Shown here in pieces: positions 34,000 to 43,975 of a DNA stretch of 62,139 nt (its first letter is position 1; each line of letters begins with the position of its first letter). The translations under genes and the position numbers were made by a program. Under the pieces are notes generated by a model, which had not been told where the DNA came from, searched no databases, and saw nothing but the letters and a program-made list of their open reading frames with translations. The DNA comes from a virus (taxonomy: Duplodnaviria > Caudoviricetes), in the IMG/VR virus record IMGVR_UViG_3300027976_000037, positions 1-62,139 of that record; one strand, written 5' to 3'.

Positions 34000-35349
34000 A
34001 TGGCATCCGTTAATCGTTCACTATTACCTATTTTCAAGCAACGTCCTGAGTGGAAGGGGTTGACAAAATTGCAGAAGGATTTTTTTGATAAGTTTTTTCA
34101 CAAGAAAAACATCTGCCTCACCGGCCCGGCCGGAACGGGAAAGTCCTTTTGTGTGAATCTACTTTTTAAGTTTCTAAATGAGATGCAGATATTCTACGGT
34201 AAAACAGCCACTACAGGTGTTGCTGCTCTGAATATAAGCGGTGTGACAATTCATTCGTGGTCTGGTATGGGTCTGGCTGATGAAAATGGTATGGCTCTGT
34301 TGGATAAAGTCTCTTCAAACTATAAAGCAAGTGGAAGAATCAAAAGCGCTAAAGTGTTAGTGGTCGATGAAATCTCCATGGCTAAATCGGATTTGTTAGA
34401 TAAACTCGACATTTCGTGTCAATATATTCGGAATAACGGAAAGCCGTTCGGCGGAATACAAGTCATCTTTGTGGGTGATTTCCTACAACTTCCCCCGGTC
34501 TTTACTCATTTCGAAAAAGAAGTGTTTGCATTTGAATCCCAAGCATGGAAAGATGCCGGAATTACAATGGTGCATCTCACTGAGATAGTTCGTCAACACG
34601 ATGAGCCCGAGTTCGCCAAATTCTTAAATGAGGTCCGCATGGGAACATGTAAGGATTACAGTATCATTGATGAGTGCATTGACAGAGTATTTCCAGACGA
34701 CGGTATCGTCCCGGTAAAACTGTTCTGTAAGAATGTTGACGTTGACAATTATAATGAAATGGAGTTAAAAAAGATAGTCGCTCCATTAAAACGATATTAT
34801 TCAACTGATGCCGGCGGGGACCAGTGGGCCAAGTTTTTTGAAAAGAACTGTAGGGCACCTGCTTCGCTCGAATTAAAAGTGGGCGCTCAAGTGATGCTAC
34901 TCAAAAATATCGATATGGAGCAGGGTTTAGTGAATGGTAGTGTGGGCGTGGTGACAGAAATGTTGCCGGATGTGGTAGAGGTCCGATTCTCAACCGGTGA
35001 TGTTCATATGATTGAGCCAAAAAAATGGGAAGTTCGTCAGATTGAAGATGATGGTCTGGGTGGAATGAAACCTGTAGTAGTGGCTAGTCGGACACAAATC
35101 CCATTGAAATTAGCTTGGGCCTTAACAACTCACAAGAGCCAGGGTCAAACATTAGATAGAGCTGAAATCAATGTCGGCGAGGCGTTTGCTAATGGACAAG
35201 TTTATGTAGCTCTGAGTCGGGTCCGCAACCTCAAATCTCTTAGATTGAATAAATTTCACCCAAACAAAATTACAGTGAATAAAAAATGTTTAGACTTTTA
35301 CATGCAGAAGCCCGTAAATGAGGTAGACTTTTTTGAAGATGAGGAGTAA
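34000..35349 (+). CDS. Pif1/RecD-like SF1B DNA helicase
   Basis: GPAGTGKS, DEISM, PFGGIQ.I.VGDFLQLPPV, KSQGQTL and YVALSR motifs. Confidence 0.93.
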   Translation: MASVNRSLLPIFKQRPEWKGLTKLQKDFFDKFFHKKNICLTGPAGTGKSFCVNLLFKFLNEMQIFYGKTATTGVAALNISGVTIHSWSGMGLADENGMALLDKVSSNYKASGRIKSAKVLVVDEISMAKSDLLDKLDISCQYIRNNGKPFGGIQVIFVGDFLQLPPVFTHFEKEVFAFESQAWKDAGITMVHLTEIVRQHDEPEFAKFLNEVRMGTCKDYSIIDECIDRVFPDDGIVPVKLFCKNVDVDNYNEMELKKIVAPLKRYYSTDAGGDQWAKFFEKNCRAPASLELKVGAQVMLLKNIDMEQGLVNGSVGVVTEMLPDVVEVRFSTGDVHMIEPKKWEVRQIEDDGLGGMKPVVVASRTQIPLKLAWALTTHKSQGQTLDRAEINVGEAFANGQVYVALSRVRNLKSLRLNKFHPNKITVNKKCLDFYMQKPVNEVDFFEDEE

Positions 35350-35350
35350 T

Positions 35351-36196
35351 ATGAAAACTGCTGCTGTAATTTTAAATCACAATTTGCCCCACTATACAGA
35401 TATGTTGTATGAGTCTTTAAAACCATACGAACGCGGTGATTATGACTTGATGGTTTTTGACAACGGTTCGACTGACTCTGGTAAGAGTAAATATACCACA
35501 TACGGATTAGACAGAAATGTTTACTTCGGCGGCGGATTTAACGCGGCGATGCAGATGATGTTGGAAGATGAGCAGTATGATTCATTATTGTTTTTGAATA
35601 ACGACCTGACAATTCATAATACGAAAAACTTTGTTAATATTTTAAGACAATCGATGTTCAAATCTTATATCGTAGAACATTTGGCTGATGGAGTTCTTAT
35701 TAAACAAACGAGTGTAGTTGAAAAAAATCCGGAGCCCGTTTTTGACATCGTTTCTCCAACGTTTTTTAACGATGGGGAAACTGATAGACAGGGCGGATGT
35801 CATTGGAAAACAATGAAAAATCATGGAATGCAATGGCCAAATGATGTCAGGGAAGTTCCATTTATTGATTTTCAATGCCCGCTGATTAGCAAACGATTAC
35901 TCAAGGAAGTTGGTGAAGTTGACTCGTCGTTGGTATATGGCTGGGGAATTGATGCTTACTTCGCAATCGTGTGTCAACAGAAAAACTGGAAAATGGGTGT
36001 GACAGATTGCTTATCGGTCTTACACCACAATTCACTTACGGTCAAACGAGGTGTCGCTGGAATTACCATGCAACAGTATTGTCAATTAGCCGAAAGAGGT
36101 CAGTTGGAGTTCTTCACAAAAAAGAACCTTATAAAAGAATTTGCCGAAGTACGAGACCGGGGGAGTAAATATGAATACCAATATCCATCGACGTAA
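35351..36196 (+). CDS. GT2 glycosyltransferase
   Basis: VILNHN, FDNGS, LNND and YGWGID motifs. Confidence 0.82.
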   Translation: MKTAAVILNHNLPHYTDMLYESLKPYERGDYDLMVFDNGSTDSGKSKYTTYGLDRNVYFGGGFNAAMQMMLEDEQYDSLLFLNNDLTIHNTKNFVNILRQSMFKSYIVEHLADGVLIKQTSVVEKNPEPVFDIVSPTFFNDGETDRQGGCHWKTMKNHGMQWPNDVREVPFIDFQCPLISKRLLKEVGEVDSSLVYGWGIDAYFAIVCQQKNWKMGVTDCLSVLHHNSLTVKRGVAGITMQQYCQLAERGQLEFFTKKNLIKEFAEVRDRGSKYEYQYPST

Positions 36197-36199
36197 ATC

Positions 36200-37057
36200 A
36201 TGATAACACATTGTATCAGTACTTATAATAATTTACCATACCTTAAATTGGTCTTGGAAAGCATTGTAAAAAATGCTCACTATAAAAATGTTATTGTTTA
36301 TGCAGAAAATTGTACAGATGGAACAGACGATTTCCTTGTACAACATTGTTTGACATACCCGGATGTTTCTTTCTTTATTGAAAAAAACGCCGTACCACAA
36401 GGTATCGGCGGCGGCATGAACAAATGCGCAGAACGGGTTGAAACTGAATACATCAATTTCCTTCATTCTGACATGTGGGTGTCTAAAGACTTTGACAAAC
36501 CGCTCTTGGACATTGTTTCCTGTGGAAATAAGACACTGGCCTCTAGTTGGCGAATCGAACCCGACATCTTTGGTGGCTCGGATAGATTGGGAACTACGAT
36601 AGCGCCAATTGATGCATTTGGTCATCTCCACGATAATTTCAAGTCAACCGAATTTGATGAATGGACTGCTGAATTTATAAGTCAAAACTCCATACGCTTC
36701 CGTAAGGTAGAAGGAGTCAGTTTCATGATTAAAAAAACTGACTGGGATTTTATTGGGGGAAATGATAAGCTATTTGCTCCAGCTTCCTTTGACGACCATG
36801 ACTTATTTTTACGAATGTCGGCAAATGGATATGATTTTATTGAAACGTCGGAAAGTCTTGTATTCCACTTTGGAGCCAGGGGGAGTATTTTTAGAGGCGA
36901 CGATTTAACAACTAGACATCCGAGACAGGTTCAAGCGGAGCGAGATAATATTCAAAAGTGGATTTCTAAATGGAGGACACATCCACAATTTGACCAGAAC
37001 GGATTTATAGTATTGACAGACACCCTAAAACAACGTTATAGTGAACTTTACAAATGA
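36200..37057 (+). CDS. GT2 glycosyltransferase
   Basis: ISTYNN, CTDGT, LHSD, DD.DLFLR and VFHF motifs. Confidence 0.85.
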   Translation: MITHCISTYNNLPYLKLVLESIVKNAHYKNVIVYAENCTDGTDDFLVQHCLTYPDVSFFIEKNAVPQGIGGGMNKCAERVETEYINFLHSDMWVSKDFDKPLLDIVSCGNKTLASSWRIEPDIFGGSDRLGTTIAPIDAFGHLHDNFKSTEFDEWTAEFISQNSIRFRKVEGVSFMIKKTDWDFIGGNDKLFAPASFDDHDLFLRMSANGYDFIETSESLVFHFGARGSIFRGDDLTTRHPRQVQAERDNIQKWISKWRTHPQFDQNGFIVLTDTLKQRYSELYK

Positions 37058-37096
37058 ATGAAATAAAACAAGCTTTGGGTTGTAAATTTTACCGAT

Positions 37097-38323
37097 ATGA
37101 TGAATAAACAAAAACACTCGCTGAGTATAAGTGACATTTCAATAGCAATACCATCTTATAACACATTAGATTATTTGCTGATGGCATATCGCTCTCTGCG
37201 CAAATACTATCCCGAAAACGAAATTATTATAATGGACGACGGTAGTACCGATGGTAGTTGGGATTGGACCTCCGCCCAACTAAAACTTGACAAGAATCTT
37301 AGAACTTATCACAACGAAAGTGGAAATATACTCGGACACACAGTGACTTATAACATTGCGGCGAAAATGTGTAAAAGCCCATTGTACACAATTTTTCACA
37401 GCGATATGATTGCGTATCGAGGATACTTGGAAAATTTGGTCAAGCACTGGAAACCAAAAACTGTTGTATCTGCTACAAGAATTGAGCCAGATGGCATTTA
37501 TCCGCCCGGAAAGGAGAAAATATTAAAACCGTTTGGATTATATTTTCATGAATTTAAGCAGGTAGAGTTTGACACGTTCTGTGAATTGGAAATGACCGAA
37601 CAAAAGGATAAGACCACGAAAGGAATATTTGCTCCTTGGTTGATTTCCAAGGAAGATTATTTATACACGGGTGGGATGGAAGAGACGCTATTTGCCCCTT
37701 ACCCACATGAAGATGCATCGTGGTTTCTGAGGTTGGCGTTGGCTGGTTATAATCTAATCCAAAGCCGAGACAGCCTTTGTTGGCATTGGGTTTCGCGGGG
37801 CCATCGCTCATGGGCAAAAAATGGAATTGGCAAAGACGATGACATGTTTCAATTCTATAACACTCGGGCAAGTAGAAACTATCTCCGGAAGTGGCACAAG
37901 TGGATGACGTTTGACGAATTTCATCACCCAATCTCCCACCCGGTGTATAATATCGGCTTCGTATTGACTGATGTAATCTCCGAAGATTTTCTCCACTTCG
38001 TGGAGCCGTGGGCAACCCATATTTATGTGGATAACTGGGTCTGTGCGGAGCGATACATTTCTAAAGAACAACCAACAACCAAGCTTGACTTGAGGACTCG
38101 TATCTTCAATCACGGTTTTATAGAATCCAATGCGAATGACATCGTTCTAAGTTTCAGCCAGAAAGGATTTATGGAAAACGCTAACGAGAATTCAGCAATC
38201 GTTACCAAGCTTACGGACATTCTATCAAGCGGGGTCGATAATGACGCCGAGATGGAACTCGGGCGTTTTAAGCTGAAAACTAACACCGTCAAGGATATTT
38301 CGGAAAAATTAATCAAGATATGA
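37097..38323 (+). CDS. GT2 glycosyltransferase with C-terminal extension
   Basis: IPSYN, DDGSTDGS, FHSDM and HED motifs; paralog of the preceding gene. Confidence 0.87.
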   Translation: MMNKQKHSLSISDISIAIPSYNTLDYLLMAYRSLRKYYPENEIIIMDDGSTDGSWDWTSAQLKLDKNLRTYHNESGNILGHTVTYNIAAKMCKSPLYTIFHSDMIAYRGYLENLVKHWKPKTVVSATRIEPDGIYPPGKEKILKPFGLYFHEFKQVEFDTFCELEMTEQKDKTTKGIFAPWLISKEDYLYTGGMEETLFAPYPHEDASWFLRLALAGYNLIQSRDSLCWHWVSRGHRSWAKNGIGKDDDMFQFYNTRASRNYLRKWHKWMTFDEFHHPISHPVYNIGFVLTDVISEDFLHFVEPWATHIYVDNWVCAERYISKEQPTTKLDLRTRIFNHGFIESNANDIVLSFSQKGFMENANENSAIVTKLTDILSSGVDNDAEMELGRFKLKTNTVKDISEKLIKI

Positions 38324-38829
38324 TAAAATACATAATTATACTTTTGTGCTTGACGGTCGTGGGCCTCTCCACAGAGAGCAAACTCTACATCAGACACACC
38401 GAGGGGCCAGTGAAGGCCTTCGTGGATAACCGTCCGGTAATTTTGGCAGCCCGTAACACAATCCCGGCCCAGCAGGCATACATTATTACCGGCGAAGCCG
38501 CCTCGGTCACACTAGTTTACAGTAATGGGGTTGGAATGTACATTGCTCCGAACAGTGTAGTTTATGTTCGGGTATTTAGTCAAGCGGAATTTGCTTCCTC
38601 TAGGAATGACTTGGCAATTGAGCCGTCAATCTCCCACGGACAAACCGCCGTTTTAAGCGGACTTGTTGCCATATGCACGAACGAGTTGGTTGCCGGAACA
38701 AAACTCGTATACTCCACGTTTAACTCCGACACGGTCATTCGCGGAGGTAAGGTGGTTATTGAAAGCAGAGATTCACAGACCACGGTCTATCTGTTGGAAG
38801 GCGATGCATCGGCGCGGATACAAAAATAA
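38320..38829 (+). CDS. secreted FecR-like domain protein
   Basis: Signal peptide; TG....L.YSNG.....PNS and T.V.LLEG pattern. Confidence 0.65.
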   Translation: MIKYIIILLCLTVVGLSTESKLYIRHTEGPVKAFVDNRPVILAARNTIPAQQAYIITGEAASVTLVYSNGVGMYIAPNSVVYVRVFSQAEFASSRNDLAIEPSISHGQTAVLSGLVAICTNELVAGTKLVYSTFNSDTVIRGGKVVIESRDSQTTVYLLEGDASARIQK

Positions 38830-38841
38830 GCTTATCAAATT

Positions 38842-39495
38842 ATGAATTCTCCAGACTTTAGTTATCCAGCCCATTACACTCAACCGGAAGGTGCCCAGTT
38901 CTACTTTTCCGGCCACATCAAAACATGGTTGAACCAGATGCCCGATATGCTGGGCCGACCAAACGTGACACTTGAAATCGGCGCGCTCTTCGGTGGTGCA
39001 TCTGTATTCATGTTAGAAACATATTGTAAGGCAGCCGGCTCTCATCATTACATTTGTGATATCAATACGAATGATGCTATAGAAAATAATATCAAGCCAT
39101 ATGCTGATAAGTGTACATACTGTCTAGGAAAATCAGAGGACATACTACGAACGTTAACCTACGAAGGTAAGACCAAAGAATTTGTGGACCTCGCATACAT
39201 CGACGGAAATCACATGGCTAAGTTTGTGCTGGAGGACGCAATGAACTGCTTTTATCTAGTCAAGAATGGTGGGTATATCGTATTCGACGACTACGGTTGG
39301 GGTCGGGATGGACCAGAACACACGCGGCCCGCCACTGGTATAGAAGCGTTCCAACATGCTTATCAGAAACATTTAGAAGTTATTGATGTAGGTTGGCAGG
39401 TGATAATGAAGAAGACTGGATACGAACTAAATCCCGATGAAAAGAATAGTAACTACTATACCGGTTGGAAACACACAACGAAAACAGCTGTATAA
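38842..39495 (+). CDS. class I SAM-dependent methyltransferase
   Basis: LEIGALFG, YIDGNH and VFDDY.W motifs. Confidence 0.87.
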   Translation: MNSPDFSYPAHYTQPEGAQFYFSGHIKTWLNQMPDMLGRPNVTLEIGALFGGASVFMLETYCKAAGSHHYICDINTNDAIENNIKPYADKCTYCLGKSEDILRTLTYEGKTKEFVDLAYIDGNHMAKFVLEDAMNCFYLVKNGGYIVFDDYGWGRDGPEHTRPATGIEAFQHAYQKHLEVIDVGWQVIMKKTGYELNPDEKNSNYYTGWKHTTKTAV

Positions 39496-39498
39496 TTT

Positions 39499-39936
39499 AT
39501 GGTACATATAAAAATAAAGAAACTTAGAAAAGACGCAAAATTTCCAAATTATGCCACACCTCAATCGGCTGGGGCAGATTTATATTCGACAGAATTTCAC
39601 ATTCTAAAACCGGGCGAACGAAAATTGTTCAAGACCGGCATCGCCATGTGTATTCCAGAAAGTGTGTATGGTCGTATAGCACCCCGTAGTGGCCTTGCAT
39701 ATAAATCGGGCTTGGATGTGATGGCTGGGGTGATAGACCCAGATTATCGGGGAGACGTTGGTGTAATTCTCATAAATCTAGGTCAGGAGGATAAGAACAT
39801 TCTTGTCGGTGATGCCATCGCACAAATAATTTTTGAAAAGTATGAACGGGCCGGATGGTTCATCGAAGAGTCTGAATTAGACGAGACTGTTCGTGGCGAA
39901 GGTGGATATGGTTCCACCGATAACAAGGTTGCTTAA
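39499..39936 (+). CDS. dut: dUTPase (trimeric)
   Basis: AGADL, PRSGLA, GVIDPDYRG, IAQ and RGEGGYGST motifs. Confidence 0.96.
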   Translation: MVHIKIKKLRKDAKFPNYATPQSAGADLYSTEFHILKPGERKLFKTGIAMCIPESVYGRIAPRSGLAYKSGLDVMAGVIDPDYRGDVGVILINLGQEDKNILVGDAIAQIIFEKYERAGWFIEESELDETVRGEGGYGSTDNKVA

Positions 39937-39986
39937 TTATATACTTCAAAATTCACTGTTCTCTATACTTATTATCGAAGGAACAT

Positions 39987-40148
39987 ATGAGCAAAAATAG
40001 TCATAGATACAAAAACGACATCAGAGTTGAAGTTGATGATATGGACGACCTGGACGAAATCGAAATTGAAAAGTTTGAGAAATTCAAACCAAAAAAACAA
40101 GTCGATAAACACAAGGGTAAAAAAATTAGACGAGTTGATGAAGATTGA
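39987..40148 (+). CDS. small charged hypothetical protein
   Basis: 53-aa ORF after a TATACTTATT motif. Confidence 0.5.
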   Translation: MSKNSHRYKNDIRVEVDDMDDLDEIEIEKFEKFKPKKQVDKHKGKKIRRVDED

Positions 40149-40177
40149 GTAAGTGTGACGACTTTATACTTATTAGT

Positions 40178-40822
40178 GTGAAGTTAATCACAATCCTTTA
40201 TTTTATTCTAGCAATAGCCTCAGTGGGGTTTGCGGTGGAACAACCTTTGATACTGGGCGCTTATCGTCCAACTGTAGAACAGTCATCTATTCCGTTTGAT
40301 CACGTCGTAAGACTTGAACCTGACTGGAGTCCTCCCACAACGTTTGAGTTTTCAAATGGATTAGTAATGTGGATGAAAACTATATCGGAAGTATATTTGG
40401 ACTCAAGAGCGTTAGAACACAGTGTAGACGGCGATTATTACTTCACCGTTGAGGTTGAAAAGGGTGAAGTCTTTTTTCAACTACCAGTAGCTCCACCAGA
40501 AGGTTCCGTATTCATGTTATTCACGCCTTCGGCTGAGATAGAGGTTCACAGCTCTGAATTTTCTGTGGACGTTTTTGGCGATTCAAAAACATATGTCAGA
40601 TGTTATAAGGGAACTTTAACTTTCACAAGCACAGTGGACTTTTCTGTGTTTGTCTTGAGTGAAGGTGAGGAAGCGGTTGTTGTCGGTAGAGATGGTGAAA
40701 AAAACATTGCTGTTGTTAAATATAAACTATCGTGGCGGGCCGGTAATGAGTGGGAAAAAATAAAGGGAACTCTAAGTTCCCCTTTATCCAAATGGACTGT
40801 TGTTAGCGGAAAGATGCGTTAG
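40178..40822 (+). CDS. secreted FecR-like domain protein
   Basis: Signal peptide; FSNG, TPSAEIEV and T.V.C..G pattern. Confidence 0.6.
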   Translation: MKLITILYFILAIASVGFAVEQPLILGAYRPTVEQSSIPFDHVVRLEPDWSPPTTFEFSNGLVMWMKTISEVYLDSRALEHSVDGDYYFTVEVEKGEVFFQLPVAPPEGSVFMLFTPSAEIEVHSSEFSVDVFGDSKTYVRCYKGTLTFTSTVDFSVFVLSEGEEAVVVGRDGEKNIAVVKYKLSWRAGNEWEKIKGTLSSPLSKWTVVSGKMR

Positions 40823-41913
40823 GTATCTCTAATTCCCCATCGAACGTCTCGCAAGTTACCCCCGGCGTATGAGATAGCGCTTTGCAAGTCTTCTTGTATT
40901 TCAATAAGCTTTTCCTTGTAGGTCATTCCATTACACGCCAACTCAACTGTTCGTCCCTCGACGTGGTGTTTGTTGTGTTTGTTAGCTTCCGACGCGGAGC
41001 CGTAGTAAATTTTGTGTGTGGGTTTTGGCAAGGGAGATTGTGTATCTTCTATTGCTGCGGCGAGTTTAGGAAATGTAGGTCGCTTTGCCCACTCGCACAC
41101 CCTTTCACGTTGCAGCTGACCTTCCACCATCAACCTAATCGTGTAATCGTCATATTTTGACTCAGCCGGTGCATCGATACAAGCAGCAAATACACTACCA
41201 GCCATGACCATCGTGGCACCAGCGTATATTGCTTTGGCAAAGTCTCCATTCGTGCGAATACCTCCATCCGCAATGATTGGCTTATGAGCAGAATCAAAAC
41301 ATTCGTTAATACATGAAAACATCGGAGTCCCGAACCCAGTCTTTCCGTAGGTAGTGCAGGCGTCACCCTGTGCGATACCCACCTTGATAGTATCGGCACC
41401 CCAGAATCCTAAAGAATATACAGCCTCAGGGGTTGCAACATTACCGGCGATTAAAAATACATTCCGATATGTATTTGAGCCGCTCCGAATAAACTCAATC
41501 ATCTCCTTCATGCGCAGTGAGTGACCGTGAGCAATATCAATAGTGAGGTAATCAATACGAAAGTTGTTTTCGTCACACCACACCAAGAACCCCTTGTCAT
41601 CCTCACTGACACCAACGCTGATACTGATTGTTTTCCAATTATCTTCGTTTGCCAAGCGGACAAACTCACAATTGAATTGATTTGGCTTATCCTCAACGCG
41701 CTCATTGAAACGGTGCATGATGTAAAAGTACTCATTCTCACTCATGTAGTGTGCTGTGGATGCGTCGATAACACACTTCATATTGGCTGGCACCACTGGC
41801 ATCTTGAACGTGCGGGGCCCAAATTTGATTGATGTATCAACCTCCGAGCGGCTGTGAAACGTCGAGAACGATGGTTTTAAAAAAACATTTTGGTAAGAGT
41901 AGCTTTTGCTCAT
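40819..41913 (-). CDS. guaC: GMP reductase
   Basis: PVVPANM, TIDIAHGHS, AGNV.TPE, KVGI.QG.ACTT..KTGFG and IIADGG motifs. Confidence 0.9.
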   Translation of the reverse strand: MSKSYSYQNVFLKPSFSTFHSRSEVDTSIKFGPRTFKMPVVPANMKCVIDASTAHYMSENEYFYIMHRFNERVEDKPNQFNCEFVRLANEDNWKTISISVGVSEDDKGFLVWCDENNFRIDYLTIDIAHGHSLRMKEMIEFIRSGSNTYRNVFLIAGNVATPEAVYSLGFWGADTIKVGIAQGDACTTYGKTGFGTPMFSCINECFDSAHKPIIADGGIRTNGDFAKAIYAGATMVMAGSVFAACIDAPAESKYDDYTIRLMVEGQLQRERVCEWAKRPTFPKLAAAIEDTQSPLPKPTHKIYYGSASEANKHNKHHVEGRTVELACNGMTYKEKLIEIQEDLQSAISYAGGNLRDVRWGIRDT

Positions 41914-41985
41914 TTGTATATACAGAGTAAACGACTAAAGAAAATATGTCAAATTGAAAAATCTCTTGATATTTATAGAGGTAAT

Positions 41986-42423
41986 ATGCCTCAAGAATTC
42001 CCGATTAAACTGTCTAAGACTAAAAAATTACAAGCTCCAGATGAGACATCTCTGAAGCTATATGTGAAGTTTATTACGTTCGCTGCCAAGAAGCTTGGGA
42101 TTGAGGGCAAACCATTGATAGTGAGGTTTTTACACGCCTGCCCAGATGAACCAGTAACCACAGCCGCGTATGAACCAGCAACCGATCGTATCAGTATAAT
42201 TATTGAGAATCGTCACGTCATCGATTGCTGTCGCTCCATCGCACACGAAATGGTCCATGAGAGACAAAAATATCAGAACCGTTTGGGACAACCTGTTCCT
42301 GAGATTGGTGGGGAAATTGAAGATGAAGCCAACGCTGTGGCTGGTCAGATAGTGAAGGAATTTATAAAGAAAGAATTGTCTCCAGAACAGAAAAAATTCT
42401 TAGGACTAGGAACATACCGATGA
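41986..42423 (+). CDS. HExxH zincin-like protein
   Basis: RSIAHEMVHERQ...EDEANAVAG. Confidence 0.7.
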   Translation: MPQEFPIKLSKTKKLQAPDETSLKLYVKFITFAAKKLGIEGKPLIVRFLHACPDEPVTTAAYEPATDRISIIIENRHVIDCCRSIAHEMVHERQKYQNRLGQPVPEIGGEIEDEANAVAGQIVKEFIKKELSPEQKKFLGLGTYR

Positions 42424-42770
42424 AGTCGCCAGACCCATTAGAACATTATATAAAAAAGGCTATGCTGCAAGAAGCAACGTTGTCAGACTATGGTGCAACA
42501 CAAGGTCTGACGAGTGATATGGTGGGCAGGTGGACAATTAACTCATATGATACCGGCAAGAAAAGAGAAAAGCCGGTTGTTATGAAGGAACTTATTTTTA
42601 AGAACAACGCCGGTGTTATGGAAGTCTTTAAATTTTTTGAGGTGGCGGATATTGAGGATAAGAATAAATTTGACACTCTAATCAATTCTGGACAAGAAAA
42701 GACGGCGTGGGAGTTAATTCAAAAAGTGTTAAATGTTAAGCTCATGGGTAAGGGCCCTTGGAGTGGATAA
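42420..42770 (+). CDS. hypothetical protein
   Basis: 116-aa ORF with ATGA overlap. Confidence 0.7.
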   Translation: MKSPDPLEHYIKKAMLQEATLSDYGATQGLTSDMVGRWTINSYDTGKKREKPVVMKELIFKNNAGVMEVFKFFEVADIEDKNKFDTLINSGQEKTAWELIQKVLNVKLMGKGPWSG

Positions 42771-42796
42771 AGCTAGTTGTCGTTATATTTATAGTT

Positions 42797-43021
42797 ATGT
42801 CATTTGACCCAATCAAAGCTCTCATGAAAAATACCGCTCCGGAAATCAAGCGGGATGACCACGAGCAATCAGTCCTCGAAAAATTCTGCAAGGACCACGG
42901 TATCGTTGGTATGAATTGTGGTAATATGAATCCAACCGCGGCTCTACGGATGCTACAAGGTCGGATGGGAATTAGGTCGCCTGAGCTAAACGAATCAAAG
43001 AAAGAAATTTTACATGGATAA
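42797..43021 (+). CDS. hypothetical protein
   Basis: ATG after ATATTTATA at 42785. Confidence 0.65.
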   Translation: MSFDPIKALMKNTAPEIKRDDHEQSVLEKFCKDHGIVGMNCGNMNPTAALRMLQGRMGIRSPELNESKKEILHG

Positions 43022-43973
43022 AGTACCGTCATACATTGAATATTACGAAGAACTCATTATGGAAGGTGATGATGTCCATACTGTCATGATTGAGATTCCA
43101 AAGTTTCCAGAGCTGATGGAATTTATCAATTCTATTCCGGAAGAAATTCTATATGAGCCAAACGACCCAAAATACGGCCGCACACACAATCCGCACATCA
43201 CTGTTCTATATGGTATTGATAAGATGGAAGGTGAGAAAGCAAGATCTATTTTACGAAAAATCCCATCCGCTATTACAGCTACATTAGGTTCCGTCACCAA
43301 ATTCGAAACCCCTGAGTTTGATGTGATAAAGATAGACGTATCAAGCCCGTATCTATATAGGGTTAATAAATTTCTGCGGGACAACGTTGAGTATCATAAT
43401 GACTATGACACGTTTCATCCACATGTCACCGTTGCTTATGTTAAAAAAGGCGAAGGAAGCCAATTTTTAAAAGACAACCGATTCGCTGGGAAAAGATTCG
43501 CATTCAGAGCTTTCTTGTATAGTAATGAAAACTGGGATAAAGAAGTAATTCCAATGAAGGTTAGTAAACCTAAAGCGGTTGATGAAGTTGCACTTGGTTT
43601 AGGTGGCGGCTACGGTGGTTCTCCAGGTGGTCAAATCGCAGCCAGTGGTTGGGCAGCAACATACTCATCTCCACAAAGCAGCACACGCTTAGGTAACTAC
43701 AAGACGCAGAGTGGTGGTTTTCCAAAACAGACTACGCGGGATAAAGGAACAGGCAATACAGTTACAGGCATCGACCCATATGATACAGTGACCGACGAAG
43801 ATTTGAAAGACCCGCGGTTCTCTGCTGACGAAATTCGTTCTGGTCTAAGATATGAAATGGCACAGATGGAATATCCAAACAAGGACATTGCTCGTCAAAT
43901 TGTGATTCAGCGATTAAAGAAGAATCCAAAACAATACTCCGACCTTCACCAATATTTTGACACGGAGAAATAA
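43014..43973 (+). CDS. 2H phosphoesterase (Acb1/T4 57B-like) with C-terminal extra domain
   Basis: PHITVLYG and HPHVTVAY HxT motifs; Gly/Ser linker; C-terminal helical domain. Confidence 0.8.
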   Translation: MDKVPSYIEYYEELIMEGDDVHTVMIEIPKFPELMEFINSIPEEILYEPNDPKYGRTHNPHITVLYGIDKMEGEKARSILRKIPSAITATLGSVTKFETPEFDVIKIDVSSPYLYRVNKFLRDNVEYHNDYDTFHPHVTVAYVKKGEGSQFLKDNRFAGKRFAFRAFLYSNENWDKEVIPMKVSKPKAVDEVALGLGGGYGGSPGGQIAASGWAATYSSPQSSTRLGNYKTQSGGFPKQTTRDKGTGNTVTGIDPYDTVTDEDLKDPRFSADEIRSGLRYEMAQMEYPNKDIARQIVIQRLKKNPKQYSDLHQYFDTEK

Positions 43974-43975
43974 AT

